A DNA stretch of 64,000 nt. Source: Octopus vulgaris. Lineage: Eukaryota. The notes under the pieces are model-generated. The model was not told where the DNA came from. It saw only the letters and a program-made list of their open reading frames with translations, and did no database searches. Of the stretch, positions 40,469 to 53,526 are shown in pieces. The translations under genes were made by a program, and so were the position numbers. Location of the stretch: positions 87,668,001 to 87,732,000 of the forward strand of contig OX597816.1 in the NCBI GenBank assembly GCA_951406725.2. The letters are read 5' to 3'. The number at the start of each line of letters is the position of its first letter. The first letter of the stretch is position 1.

Positions 40469-41803
40469 ATGTGTGTGTGTGTGTATATATATATATATTA
40501 TTTTATTTTGATTATATTTGTCTTTTGCTACTCTGAGTTTCAGTAGTAGGACCTTCAGGCAAATCAGATCCCGTGCACCTACAAGTGAATCTCAGGGTAG
40601 CAAAAGATTGACTCAAACAAAATGAAATATATTACTTAGCTCAATCATGGTATTGGGTACTCTTGTTTTTTTTTTTTTACCACCAGTTAACACTAACAGG
40701 ATATATAAGCAATGCAATGTATGCATGTACGTAGACATATGTATGTATACATAAGAGTGAATACTTGAAACGTAAAAGACATTTCCTTCTTTTTTCCCCA
40801 TTTCCTGAGTGTACACTCTATAAGATATATATATATATATATATGTATGTATATGCATATAAAATGTAATATAATATAATTAATTTATATTACAAAAACG
40901 CATATAATCAGTTAAACGGAAGAAGGTGTGTATGAGAAATGATATAGATAATTTTAAGCTCAAGAGACATCATATCAGTTTCAGGAAAAGAATCAAACAG
41001 CAAATATCATTGGTTACTTTTGAGCAATGACCCATCCAATCAGAACAGATATGAATATATAGGAAATTTGACTTTTAATTTTCCTTTTATTTATAATATA
41101 TACTGAGTTTCCCAGAAATGGAGTTTTGTTTCGTGGTTTTTTTTTCCCCCTCTTTTCCATGTTATTTCACATGCTTTCAACAAATGTGACATTGAAATCA
41201 CATGTAAACAGCTCCTTTCTCCAGAAAAGGAAAAATTTGGCTGCCATTTCTTGCACACCTTGCTACCATGAAATAAATATTTTGGATCCTTTATCATAAA
41301 TAGCTGTTATGTGGTAGCAGGGCATGCTAGAAATAGAAGTCAAATCTTTGGCGGTGAGATATGTTGAATGCACTTGAAAAAAAGCACTAAGTCCACTCTG
41401 CTGAGTGGTTGGTTTTAGGAAGGGCATCCAGCTGTAAAACTCCTGCCAAAACAGTCACAGAATTCTGGTGCTTGGCCAGCTCTTGTGGTACCATACCACC
41501 CATGGTTGCATGGAACACGGACGTTAAATGATGTTGATGATAATGTATATATGTTTATTTGTGTGTCTTTGTATCTGTGTTTGTTGCCTCACCATCACTT
41601 GAAAACTAATGTTGGTGTGTTTGTGTCCCTGAAACTTAGCGGTTCAGCAAAAGAGACTGATAGAATACTAGGCTTACAAAGAATAAGTCCTGGGATCGAT
41701 TACTTCAAATAAGGACGGTGCTCCAGCATAGCCACAGTCAAATGACTGAAATGTGTAAAAGAGTGTATGTATGTGTGTGTATATATATATATGTATGTAT
41801 ATA

Positions 41804-42032
41804 TTTGTTTACTACCCACAAGGGGCTAAACATAGAGGGGACAAACAAGGACAGACAAAGGAATTAAGTCGATTACATCGACCCCAGTGCGAAACTGGTA
41901 CTTAATTTATCGACCCCGAAAGGATGAAAGGCAAAGTCGACCTCGGCGGAATTTGAACTCAGAGCGTAACGGCAGACGAAATACGGCTACGCATTTCTCC
42001 CGGTGTGCTAACGTGTCTGCCAGCTCGCCGCC
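41804..42032 (-). mobile_element. Meta-domain SINE, full length, young
   Basis: Near-consensus reverse complement of 33239-33470; flanked by tatgtatgtatata on both sides. Confidence 0.9.
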
Positions 42033-42336
42033 TTTATGTATGTATATAGGTGAATAGCCCAGTGATTAGGGTGTTGGTCTTACGATCATCTTGTGACAGG
42101 ATCAGCTCTCAGGTAGAACAGGCTGTTGTATCCATGAGTGCATGACTGAGAGATTGAAAGTGTGTGTGTGTGAGTGAATGTATTCTTAGGGCTGATACAT
42201 TCATAAGGACATAGTTAGGTCATTTAGTTATAAATGAGTTATAGCTAGCAATTTGAATGTCAGTGCATTTTAATCCATAACGAACAAATGCGTGTGCACA
42301 CACACACGCAAACGTACTTGTGTATGCATATATTGA

Positions 42337-42399
<63 letters not shown>

Positions 42400-42495
42400 A
42401 TTTCAATTGAAAATTGAGCTGATAAAATGAAGGATTTCATATCCTCATTACGAAGATTATTTCCATACTATAATATATACACACACATATTCACC

Positions 42496-42531
<36 letters not shown>

Positions 42532-43013
42532 CATATATGTATGTATATATCAACACATACACACACATATAACCATTATTATTTGATGTCTGTTTTCCAT
42601 CTTGATATATCTATATATGCACACTCATGCATAGAGAAATAGTGTATGAAGTAGAGGAGAGGATTGCTAGGTAGGGCATGGTATGCAAATTAAAGAGAGA
42701 GACAATGATATGATTAATGTCATAGCATTAATACATACACCGTATGCCGTGCTTCGTTAGGTATTAATTACCTTTACTGTTTTAAATTGTTGTACAGAGT
42801 TCAAACAATCATGTCCTTATAAGGAATCAAGTGGGAGATAATAGAACTGGGGGTCAGAGTATGTTGGACAGGGTGTAAGTCATTTCTGATATTCAGCTGT
42901 CGGAATTCTAAAGTTCTGTTTGCTTTTAATTTTGTGTTGCTACGAGAAGCGTATCCTGGTTTATAACTAAGGGCTGTATGCAATGGTGAATGTGCAACAA
43001 TTAACTGAACATT

Positions 43014-43064
<51 letters not shown>

Positions 43065-43385
43065 TAGGCCTCCAACTCTGCAAACACGCACAGAGGCCTC
43101 TAAGCACTGCACAAACATGACTTAGACATTTTTCTTAACTGAGAGTATAGGATATGGAGGACAATAGAATTAGAATAATATGGCCTGATGCTCTTCCTGT
43201 CACCAACTTTCACCTGTTTTCAAGCACCCTAATACTTCCTTCCTAGTCTTTTGTTTACTGTGCTGTTCATGTTTGAAGGATTCGGGAAATTTGGGGAGAC
43301 AGGAAGAACATCTGTCCATTGAAAATATTGTGCCCTGATGAATTTTGGCTGGCCTATGGAAGCCTACAAAAATTGACATTAAAAT

Positions 43386-43619
43386 TTAATTCTTTATTGC
43401 CTACAAGGGGCTAAACATAGAGGAGACAAATAATGACAGACAAAGGGACTAAGTCGATTACATTGACCCCAGTGCGTAACTGGTACTTATCTAATCGACC
43501 TCGAAAGGATGAAAGGCAAAGTCGACCTCGGCGGAATTTGGACTCAGAACATAGTGGCAGATGAAATACCAGTAAGCATTTTGCCTGGCATGCTAACGAT
43601 TCTGCCAGCTCGTCGCCTT
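43386..43619 (-). mobile_element. Meta-domain SINE, full length with 18-bp TSD
   Basis: TSD aaaaattgacattaaaat at 43368-85 and 43620-37. Confidence 0.9.
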
Positions 43620-43719
43620 AAAAATTGACATTAAAATGATAACAAAGTATGTGAATCTGTTAGTATCTCCATGCTCCTGCAAAGGTTTTGAACTTGGAAC
43701 ATCATTATCATCAGTAGCA

Positions 43720-44157
43720 CCATCATTTAATTTCTGTTTTCCATGCTGGCATGGGTTGGATGGTTTGACAGGAGCTGGCCAGCCAGGGAGTCTGTCCTCA
43801 CACTAATTGTCTGTTGTGGCATGGTTTCTATGGCTGGAAGCCCTTCCTATCACCAACCACATTACAGGGTGTGCTGGGTGCATTTATGCAGCACTAGCAC
43901 AAGTGTATATTATGTGGCACTGGCACTTGTAAACGACAGGCCTGTATGTATGGTTGACAAGGATTTTACTTAGCCGGACATGCCTTCCCAAGTACAGCGA
44001 ATAACCACAACTCCTGGTCCCTTGTCGCTTCTTCAGTGAAGCCTAGCATCCAAACATCCTTTCTCGCCACTTTGTCTCACATCTTCCTGGCTGTACCCCT
44101 TCCACAGGTTCCCTCCACAATTACAGCCTGACACCTCTTTATGCAGCTGTCTTCATA
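43720..44157 (-). mobile_element. RTE LINE 3' fragment: ORF2 C-terminus joined to the (GAT)n-tailed 3'UTR
   Basis: 43968-44157 minus translates YEDSCIKRCQAVIVEGTCGRGTARKM*DKVARKDVWMLGFTEEATRDQELWLFAVLGKACPAK*, then runs into the acccatgccagcatggaaa..aaatgatg tail shared by many short copies. Confidence 0.8.
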
Positions 44158-45304
44158 AAGGAATATAGCTTAAATCCCACAAGACTATTTACCAGTCCTT
44201 CCACTGATTGTGTTGTTGTCCAACAACCACCCTTGTAATCATAACAATAGCAACATCAATTTATTTAATTTGAACTTGATTTCATTCGATTTCTCTCTTA
44301 ATGACAATTAAATCATCAGCAGCAGCGGCAGAAGTAGCAGCGATTACTTCTTCAACAACTGTAGAAGAAAACTGAAAAACATCTGCAAAAACAATAGAGA
44401 CATCGACAAGAGCAAAAACAAGGAGATCTGCATTAATACCAACAAAAGAAGCAGCTGTACTGACAGCTACACTAATAAAGGACAAAACATAAACGGCAAC
44501 AACCACAACAACAATAACAACAACAGCTTCAGCCATAAAAACAAACAAAAACAGCTGTAGCAACAGCGAGCAACAATAAACCACAATAATTATAACCACC
44601 CCAGCCTAACTTCCTTCCCACATATATCACCATTAATGCAATTCTTCCTTGCCTCAGTTTCTTTATCATTGAGATCGTCTCCACCACCACTGCTGCTATC
44701 AACTCCACCACCATCACCACCACTACTATCAACTCCACCACCACCATCATCACCACATCGCCAAACTTAGCCACAACATGCAAGAATCGCAGTAGTGTCT
44801 TTAACCTCATTAACTCTTTTGTTTTATGCTGGGATGTGCACCGCACCAGAAATTAGTGCAGAGAACCTGCAGCTGTTGAATGTTGGTGCAATCCGCTTCC
44901 CTTGCTTCTACCATTTCCACCCCACCCCCACAGGACCTTGGACAACGAAGAGGAAAAATCAGCATATCCATACAAGCCACTCTGCATCCCCCATATGATA
45001 AACCAGTTCCATGCACAGCTGCTTGACCTGCTGGAAGTGGCACCCAAATTTCTCTCAAATTACACCCTTACCGAGATGAATGTATATTGGATAGTTATCT
45101 GTGTTAAAGTGTCCGAAAAAGAAGTTGTAATCAGAATACTTTTGATCATAGTTCTGCTTGATCAATACTTGCCTGGGGTTAAACAGCAGAAGCAATAACC
45201 ACTGGGTGAGTGTGCAGTATGGTCCTCAACTAGGACGGCAGAATGGTGTTTCTGAAGTAATCGATCATTTACTCATAGCTGTTTGATCTACAAATTATAT
45301 GGAT

Positions 45305-45600
45305 ATGGATGGCTTAGTGGTTAGGGAATGGGGCTTGTAATCTTGAGATTGTGGCTTCAATTCCTGGACCAGGTAACGCGTTGTGCTCTTGAGCAAAATA
45401 CTTCCCTTCATGTTGATCCATTTCACTCAGTTGTAGAAGTGAGTACCACTAGTGGAAACAGATTGCTTAGTGGTTAGGGTGTAGGATTCACAACCGTAAG
45501 ATTGTGGTTTTGATCCCTGGACTGGGCGATCTGTTGTGTTCTTGAGCAAAACACTTCATTTCAGGTTGTTCCATCCACTTAGCTGTGGAAATGAGTTTAG
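45305..45600 (+). mobile_element. Two tandem tRNA-derived SINE heads
   Basis: gcttagtggttaggg...cctggac...ttgtg.tcttgagcaaaa.acttc is repeated at ~45310 and ~45465. Confidence 0.65.
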
Positions 45601-45954
45601 CCTGGAGAGGAATGGGCTCTGGTAACTTCCTAACCCTAGATATGCTGCATGGCTGCAGCACCCCAATTACCCCCAACGGGTTAAGGGACCTGTCAGTTGT
45701 CAGCTGTTTGATCTACCTCTTATATGCCATAGGTCTGCTGGGTCAGTGAGGACCTGCTACAACACCAGCACAGCTGCTAACAAATATAAATATGTTGAAC
45801 CAATATTGGCACTACAACTACTGCCTCCCTTACTGTGTTCATGCAGTAAAAATTGGTGGTGCTTTTACTTGTGAATCTAATTTGTTACCAGTTTTAATCA
45901 CTGGGTTGCTCTTGGGTGGCAGAAAAGCTTAGTAAGGCTTTCAAACATATCTTC

Positions 45955-46330
45955 TATCTTTTACCTTCCTACTTGTTTCAGTTACTGGACTGCTGCCATG
46001 CTGGGGCATCATCTTGAAGGGTTTAGTTAAGCAAATTGACCCCAGTACTGGCACTTTTTTGTCTGTCTCTTTTGCCAAACTGCTAAGTTACAGGGACATC
46101 AATAAACTAACACCAGTTGTCAAGCAGTGGTGGGGAGAAAACACACACAAACACACAAACAATGAGCTTTTTTCACAATCCATCTAACAAATCCACTTAC
46201 AAGGCCTTGGTTGGCCCAGGCCTATAGTAGAAGACACTTGCCCCAAAGTGCCAAGTACCACACAACAGAGCTGAACCAAGAACCATGTGGTTGGGAAGCA
46301 AGATTCTTACCACGCTACCACTCCTGCACA
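45955..46330 (-). mobile_element. CORE-type SINE
   Basis: Reverse complement of the 508-870 family (ctatagtagaagacacttgcccc; cttaccac..ctcctgcac). Confidence 0.8.
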
Positions 46331-47001
46331 AAATATTTGCATCAGAAAGAAAACTCTGCTGAAAGTACCCTGCCAAGGACCAGGTGATGGTGTTAAACCT
46401 TGTAGCTTGTGTCCTCTTTTTTGAACTGGTAAAGTTTATTATGCTTACCAATGAATTCCTTGGTAGCTGGGTTTCTAGGATAGAAAGGTTGTAGGGTCAA
46501 TTTGGGGTAGATGAAGGACTAGAAAAGAATAAGAAAATGGGTGAGATAAGGGTGAATATATTTTTCTTCACCATATCTTTTGCTTAACACTCGTCATTTT
46601 TTTATATTTCCTAAAGAGATTTTACAGTTATGGTACAGATATGGGTATGTGGTTAAGTAATTGTATAATGTGGTTTGATCCCACTTCACAGAAATCCATC
46701 TTTTCTGTGTGTTTGTGTATATGTATGCTTATGCGCGCGTTTCATCAATGTGCAAATCTCTGAAAAAGCTGATAAACCAAAGCTTTTGAACAAAAATACT
46801 TTGTGATATGAGCTCTGTCCAAGTTGGAAAAACACTCCCTTATCACTCTTGCCATCAGGAATATGAGTCAGTGATTAGTTCACTGATAAACTTTTAAACA
46901 ATAGTGGTGTTTGTCACAAAATGTAAAATAAATGTAACTAAATATAACTCATATGTGAGTATATATATAACTATGTATGTGCATGCTTCTTTGTGTGTGT
47001 G

Positions 47002-47046
<45 letters not shown>

Positions 47047-47428
47047 GTATACACACACGCATCTGTCGTTGCTCTATGGATTTGCAGATGTTAGCATGCG
47101 TGCATGTAATGTGAGCTGCTTATGCAAATGTGTGTGTGAGTGTGACATATATACGCCCTGATCTGTGTTTATGTTCATGCATATTCCTATATGTACATTT
47201 GTGTGTGTATGTATATGTGTGTGGATATATCTATCGTCATTTTTGCTAGCATGTCTTGAAGAAAAAGAAATTGCTTCCTCATGATGTGAAGACAATTTTA
47301 AGTGCCTTAAGAATCAAACCAATCACCTTTTGCTGTATTATTGCAATATGAAACCATTCATCCGTTCATTGAAAACCATAAATTTGTTTCATAGAATTAT
47401 CTGCATATGTCTCAAATTTCTTTTTTAA

Positions 47429-47643
47429 CTCTTTAGCATTCAGATTTCTTTGTCATGTTTATGTATCCCTATGATTTTGAAGTAATCAGGCATTATCTCA
47501 TGCCTTTGAGATTTCCATGATGTAATTGTTTATTTTTTAGGATGACATTGTAGGGTAGTTGTGAGAGTCCTTACCTGGTCAGTTTGAACATAAAACAACA
47601 ATAATATTTTTGGCCGGACATGGCCAGTTTAAATGCTAAATAG
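47429..47643 (+). mobile_element. piggyBac-type MITE family A
   Basis: TTAA-ctctttagcattcag ... tggccagtttaaatgctaaa. Confidence 0.75.
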
Positions 47644-48280
47644 TTACTCTTTATATCTTATGTGTCTGTTTATCCATCCATCCATCCATTCATCTGTCCA
47701 TTTGTTCATCCATCCATCCATGTGTGTGTATGTTTAACTGCCTGCCTCTGACAGTACTGTCCAAACTATCTGGAAGAAATAAATCACTGAAGCTAATATA
47801 TCTATTTATCTTTGTTTTTTGATCGTTAAATAGATCAGGAAACAAAGAACAAATGTTTATTCATCTATGTGTATCTAGCCACCTTTTATTCTTATTCTTT
47901 GCCTTCTTTCTCTTTCCCCACATACATATATATATACATGCGTATATAAATACACACTCATACATATATAAATGTGTGTGTGTGCATATATGTATATATA
48001 AGCTTATACATATAGCCATTGGTCTCTAATACCATCCTCTATGTGCATCTCATCTATTTAAGTAGCTAGCAGTGTGTGCATGTGTATGTATCCTTATACA
48101 TATTTGTTTATCTGTATGTATGTATGTATGTATGTATGTATGTATGTGTGTGTGTGTTTGTATCTACTGTGTAACTGAGTGCATGCGTATGCATGTTTAA
48201 TTCATGATTCATTAAATAGCTAAAGAGGTTGAATATAATATTAAATGAGAAAAAAAAAGTATAATTTATTAGTCAATGAA

Positions 48281-48350
<70 letters not shown>

Positions 48351-48498
48351 CACACGTGTCAATATTTTGCTGGTGGTAGTGACAATAAACAAAACACTGT
48401 GAAACAAAATGTTGAAAAAAATCAACAATGTTTATCTTCCTGTTTAATCGTTTTATTCATTTATCTTTTATTTATATATATATTTCTTCATTTTCCAG

Positions 48499-48598
48499 GA
48501 GTTGGCAATGGAATCGAATGGTTTACGAGGAACGAGACACGGCCGAACCATTATCGCATACTTATGGTTCAAGGCGATAACATGATGGTGGCAGCAAG
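48499..48598 (+). CDS. Sema1a: Semaphorin exon A (100 nt, phase 1 to phase 2): VGNGIEWFTRNETRPNHYRILMVQGDNMMVAA(R)
   Basis: Acceptor ttcttcattttccag|GA, donor GCAAG|gtgaga. Resembles the Sema-domain start FxGNExxxDHFKLxxxDxxxLLVGAR of class 1 semaphorins. Confidence 0.9.
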
Positions 48599-48827
48599 GT
48601 GAGAAAATTGCTCAAGCACTTATATTCTTGTTTCCCTCTTCAATTCATAAAGAAAACTTTTTTTTTTTATCATCTATAAATAATTATTGTTGCTTTTGTT
48701 ATTGCTGTAAGGCTAAGGTAACAAAATCCAGAACTATTCCTGGCCTGGTATGATATTGGTTTGATTCATCTCTGTGCTAAGCCTTCCTTTGATTCATAAT
48801 TTTCTCTTATATGAAATGAGCCAATCT

Positions 48828-48985
48828 TGGAGTGGTTGGCATTAAGGAAGGGCATCCAGCTGTAGAAACTCTGCCAGATCAAGATTGAAACCTGGTGCAG
48901 CCATCTGGTTCGCCATCCCTCAGTCAAATCATCCAACCCATGCTAGCATGGAAAGCGGATGTTAAATGATGATCATGATCATGAT
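48828..48985 (+). mobile_element. RTE 3'UTR copy
   Basis: ggagtggttggcattaaggaagggcatccagctgtagaaactctgcc...gcatggaaagcggatgttaaatgatg. Confidence 0.85.
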
Positions 48986-49409
48986 GAAAAAAATTGTTAT
49001 TAAACTCCATGTTTGCTCTGACCTAGCAAGCTTATTATGAAAGCTGACAGTCTTATCATTTAGGCATTGCATATCTTAAACTATATTATCCAGTGTTCTT
49101 TCAAAGGTGATAGACTTTATTTCCCCAACATTTAATTACTAATTGTAATAGAGGAAACTACTATCTTTATTGGTTCATTATAATTGATGTTATGTAACCC
49201 AAATTAAACACCACTCAAGTAAACCTAAGATCGTAGTTATTCTTGCTGCAACCATCCCATTTTTTCTAGTCGTACTGTATCTTGGACTAAAGGGTATAAC
49301 ATCTGATGTATTCTACCATTTTTGAGTGTGATTTGAGAGATTTTGGTTGCTGCTTCTAGCAGGCCTAAGGACAATGCAGAGGCTCTCATTTTGGCATGTT
49401 ATTATTTAA

Positions 49410-49823
49410 CCCTTTAGTATTCAGATTGCTCTGTCAGATGTATTACAGTATTTTGATTTAACTATCATTAACTTGTGGCCTCAAGATTTTGATAAACTAA
49501 TTACTTATCTTTGGAATGCTTTTTACAGTAGGTGTGCAAAGCCAGATTAGGTCAGTTTGAACATGTAGCAAGAAGAATATTGGAGCTGGATATGGCCAGT
49601 TTAAATGCTAAAGGGTTAACCCTTTCATTACCAACCCGGCTGAAACCAGCTCTGTCTTGTTTTCATAAGTTTTGAATTAAAATCTTCCACCAAACCTTAG
49701 TCACAATTTATGTTCCTAACATTGGCTGAATGATAACTAAGTTATTTTACTAAATTCTTTGTTGTATTTAAAGTAATTGAAAGAAACACAGAGCATCTCA
49801 AAATAAATACAGCAACGAAAGGG
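49410..49823 (+). mobile_element. MITE A (49410-49615) and MITE B (49620-49823) joined through one shared TTAA
   Basis: TTAA-CCCTTTAGTAT...ATGCTAAAGGG-TTAA-CCCTTTCATTAC...GCAACGAAAGGG-TTAA. Confidence 0.88.
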
Positions 49824-51639
49824 TTAAACCCAGATCAGCTCTGATTGGTCTGATTTATGCTCAGAAATATTATGGCTGCAATGATCCCAACTGTGTATTT
49901 TTTACAAGTACAGCAGTATCAAGAACTACAATAACCTCTGTATCATTCTTTTGTAAAATAGTAGTAAGATGTGATTCAAAGGAGATTTAGTTACTATTCC
50001 TTACGAGTCAAATGGTGACAGGGGAGTCTCCCATTTTTGCTTAGCATATTTTTGCTTTATTTGGAAAGTAGCTTATATGATAGCACTTGATAGGTAGCTG
50101 AGTTGTCTTTAAATTTTCCAAAATCAATAGAATTTCATTACTCACTATTTACATGGTATCAGTACTGGTTGTGTCATCATCATTATCATCATCATCATCA
50201 CTACCACCTCTGCTCTTTGTTGTTGCAGCGGCAAAATATCAAATACCCAAAGACAATCAAAGTGCAATGTTTTATATGTATATATATTCCTTCAGATGCG
50301 AATGATTAACAGACATAAATATTTAAATTAGAATTCCAATAATTCATGATCTGAGAAATGTTATAATATGTAATTAATTCTTCAAATCATTCATTTAGTT
50401 GTCCATCATTCTCTTAACTTCAAGAATCTTATGAAAAATCTTATTGAACCAAGAATTTTATTGATTTGCATGGTTATGTAGTTAAGAAGATTGCTTCATA
50501 ATCATAACTTTCTCAATTTGATTTCACCATGTAACACCTCAGGCAAGTGTCTTCTTCCATAACATCCAGTTAATATAAACCTTTTGAGTGAAATTAAATG
50601 CACAGAAACTCTGTGGGCACCCATCAGATGGACTGTATTTCAAATGCAAGGGGTTGCTCATGTTACTCATATACCAAGTTCTGTTGCTGTTTGCTTGAGG
50701 ATTTTGTTAAGGGTACAAATATCAATAGCATGAATCTTCAGTCACTTGGAATTCATAGCTTTGATTGTTGTGTTAATCAAAGATCTGGAATCCTCAGTTA
50801 GTGAAACCAGTATGTGATCTAGTAATCCAATAAGAAGATATTGTAGTGTTAGCTGTCTTTTCACTTTGTAACTCAAAGGTCTTTCTTCTTTGTTATTTTT
50901 ATCAGCCATGGAGATGAAATAGCTGTAGAGCAAACTCAAAACTAAAGGCTTTCCATACATGACCATCCCACTTTTGTTTCAGGCATAGTCCACACTGGAC
51001 TATATTAATCAGTTTGTCTGTTTAGACGGTAGATTGTGGTTTGAGAAGGATTTAGCTGCAACTTTATGACAGGTTGTGCAATTAGAGAATCTGTCATTGG
51101 ATCGGTGATGGTGGCAGCAGCTGCTATGATATTTCGAAACTGTCTTCTGAATTGCTGTGACACCTTTTTTGCATAAAATCAAGGATTTCTGTTTTTTACC
51201 GGGCATATGTAAAAACGACAGTTTGGTAGGCTAAGTAGATAAGGTGCCAGGCAACTAGCCACAAGATTGATGATTTCATCCTTTTGGTCATTAGCATTGT
51301 GTGTCCTGTCTGTATCATCGTGAAAACAGTTCATCAAAATTGTCCAGCCTGTCTGCCTAAGTTGGCTGGTCCAACTGGATGAGAGTTGTTTATTTCTTGG
51401 TCAGCATTGATTGATCAATGCCATTTCACTCATAGCCATCCTATCTTATCTATCCAGGACTCGATTGCCCAATATGTCCTTCCATTTTTAAAGATGGGAG
51501 AATTTGTCTGTTATTTCTAGCAAGTGGAATGATTGTGTAAAGGCTTTCCTGTTAAGAAATAGAAATCGCTTTGTTTGCCATCATTCCTATTATTGTAATC
51601 CACTTGGGTGTAGTGATGATGGAACTGAAAAATCTACTC

Positions 51640-52105
51640 GAAATCAAATTTGATGACTGGCATTCATGCTAGTGGAGTGCTAAGAGCACCATCCAAATGT
51701 GATCGTTGCCAGAGTGACTAACTGGCTTCCGTGCCAGTGGCACATAAAAAGCACCATTTGAGTGTAATCATTACCAGCATTGCCTTACTGGCACTTGTGT
51801 GGGCGGCACATGAAAAAACATTCGAGTGAGGTCTTTGCCAGCTGCTGGACTAGCTCCTGTGCAGGTGGCACGTAAAAAACACCACTTGAGCGTGACCGGT
51901 GCCAGTACCGTCTGACTGGCACGTAAAAGCACCCACTACACTCTCAGAGTGTTTGGCATTAGGAAGGGCATCAAGCTGTAGAAACTCTGCCAGATCAAGA
52001 TTGGAGCCTGGTGCAGCCATCTGGTTCGCCAGTCCTCAGTCAAATCGTCCAACCTATGCTAGCATGGAAAGCGGATGTTAAACGATAATGATGATGATGA
52101 TGATG
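51640..52105 (+). mobile_element. Longer RTE 3'UTR copy with internal tandem subrepeats
   Basis: Recurring ggcac(g/a)taaaaa(g/a)cacc units, then the standard tail gcatggaaagcggatgttaaacgataatgatgatg. Confidence 0.82.
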
Positions 52106-52205
52106 TTTCTGTGCTGTTGTCATAGTACAAACCATACAAGAATTCTTAACACATTTGCTCCTGATCAAGGATTTACAGAACTGTCACTGCTTATTATACT
52201 ATTAA

Positions 52206-52775
52206 CCCTTTAGCATGCAGATTAGTCTGTCAAATTTAATGCTTATTTATTCATATTGCTTTGAACTAATAAAGTATTGTCTTTGAGATTTCAATGATAT
52301 CATTGTGTATTTTTAGAATGATATTTTAGGGTAGGTGTGAATCCAGGGAGTTTGAACAAAAACAAGTAGAATATTTTGGCCAGATATGGCCAGTTGAGAT
52401 GTGGCCACCTGTATCAGCAGCATGTTGTCGGACAGCTACCTTAATAAGTACCTTTACAGCTATCCCTACAGCAGCAGTGTCTGTAACAAGGAGAACCTTG
52501 AAGACTGTATTATACATTTAAACAAGCTGCTACAGAATGTGTCTACCAACAATAAGCAATATGTCCAACATCATGATCCCTCTCGTGAACATCACTTTTG
52601 ATTTATTTAAACACATTCAACAGGATACAAAGTTTCGAGAGGAACTGGAATCAAAGACATCTCGTATAATAACCGACTATGAATGCTTACAAACCTCGCA
52701 GATGTGACTCAAAGATGATATTGAAAAGCTAGAGTGGGAAATTGCAGTTCGATAAGGAAAAGAGATGCTAAAGAG
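52206..52775 (+). mobile_element. piggyBac-type MITE family A copy carrying the SSX2IP-like insert
   Basis: TTAA (52202-05) CCCTTTAGCAT ... ATGCTAAAGAG TTAA (52776-79). Body 52206-52395 matches other family A copies; the insert is bounded by a GAGATG direct repeat (52396-401, 52762-67). Confidence 0.8.
52401..52767 (+). pseudogene. SSX2IP: Decayed coding fragment resembling afadin- and alpha-actinin-binding protein (SSX2IP/ADIP/Msd1) N-terminal coiled coil
   Basis: Reads ...SSVCNKENLEDCIIHLNKLLQNV / frameshift near 52540 / LPTISNMSNIMIPLVNITFDLFKHIQQDTKFREELESKTSRIITDYECLQTSQM*LKDDIEKLEWEIAVR*GKE. By eye this is colinear with vertebrate SSX2IP (FCTEDNIEQSISYLDQEL..GFPSL...IVAVLNCMNELL...ENVE...LGSDMDHLQ...LKEQLE..RRE, recalled from memory). 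One frameshift, two internal stops, no introns. Confidence 0.68.
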
Positions 52776-53495
52776 TTAAAGTGTACCACACTGTGTTACA
52801 AGAGAATTTTTATACCAGTCATGGGCAAACTGCAGCCTGCAAAACTTGCTAAATGGCAAGCCTAAAGAAAAATTCCTTAAATTTCTTTGGCCATGCAGTC
52901 CACTTGATGATAAGCCATGCCTTTATGGTTGCCTCCTGGCTTATCAAATAGAGCTGCCTCTACATATTTTACCATTGTAGGAACCAAGTTTGAACTCTTG
53001 GCTCTGTAGTGTACAAGTTCGGCAGCTTAACCTCACAGCTAACGCTGCTTTTTAAACACAGTTCTAAAGATACATTAATTCTCTAAAAATTTTAATGTGG
53101 TTTTGATTCTCAACTCTCTAGAGTAACAATGGCAATGAGTAATCAGCTTCTTTTAAACATCCATTTCTATTTGTACTCAACTTCTATTCTCAGGGGGGAT
53201 TCTAAAATCTTTCTTCTCTCCAATTTTGTCTGTATTGTTTACCCATTTCAATTTTAAGATAGAAAGTTCTTTGGCAATTCTGATTTCCACTATCGAAAAT
53301 GAGAGCACTGAATTGACCCCAATGCAGACAAATATATGTAGATGTACGTTGATGAGAGTGACAACGGTACCGTAGGTTATGTGTGTGCATATGTGCATTT
53401 GCTTGTATCTGCATGCATGTTTGATTTGTATATATCATAACATTATATATTATATATGTATATGTAGTATATATATATATATATATATATTGTAT

Positions 53496-53526
<31 letters not shown>

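Noticed and set aside
44780-45060. ORFs 44795..44998 and 44902..45198 as a signal-peptide exon
   Set aside because: No convincing donor or hydrophobic core; more like a very decayed LINE 3' region, too weak to call.
48276-48498. 5' part of the 108-aa ORF containing exon A
   Set aside because: The upstream portion is a (CT)n tract and intronic polypyrimidine sequence; only 48499-48598 is coding.
51640-51940. CRISPR-like repeat-spacer appearance
   Set aside because: Eukaryotic context, degenerate repeats, related spacers and no cas genes; part of a LINE 3'UTR.
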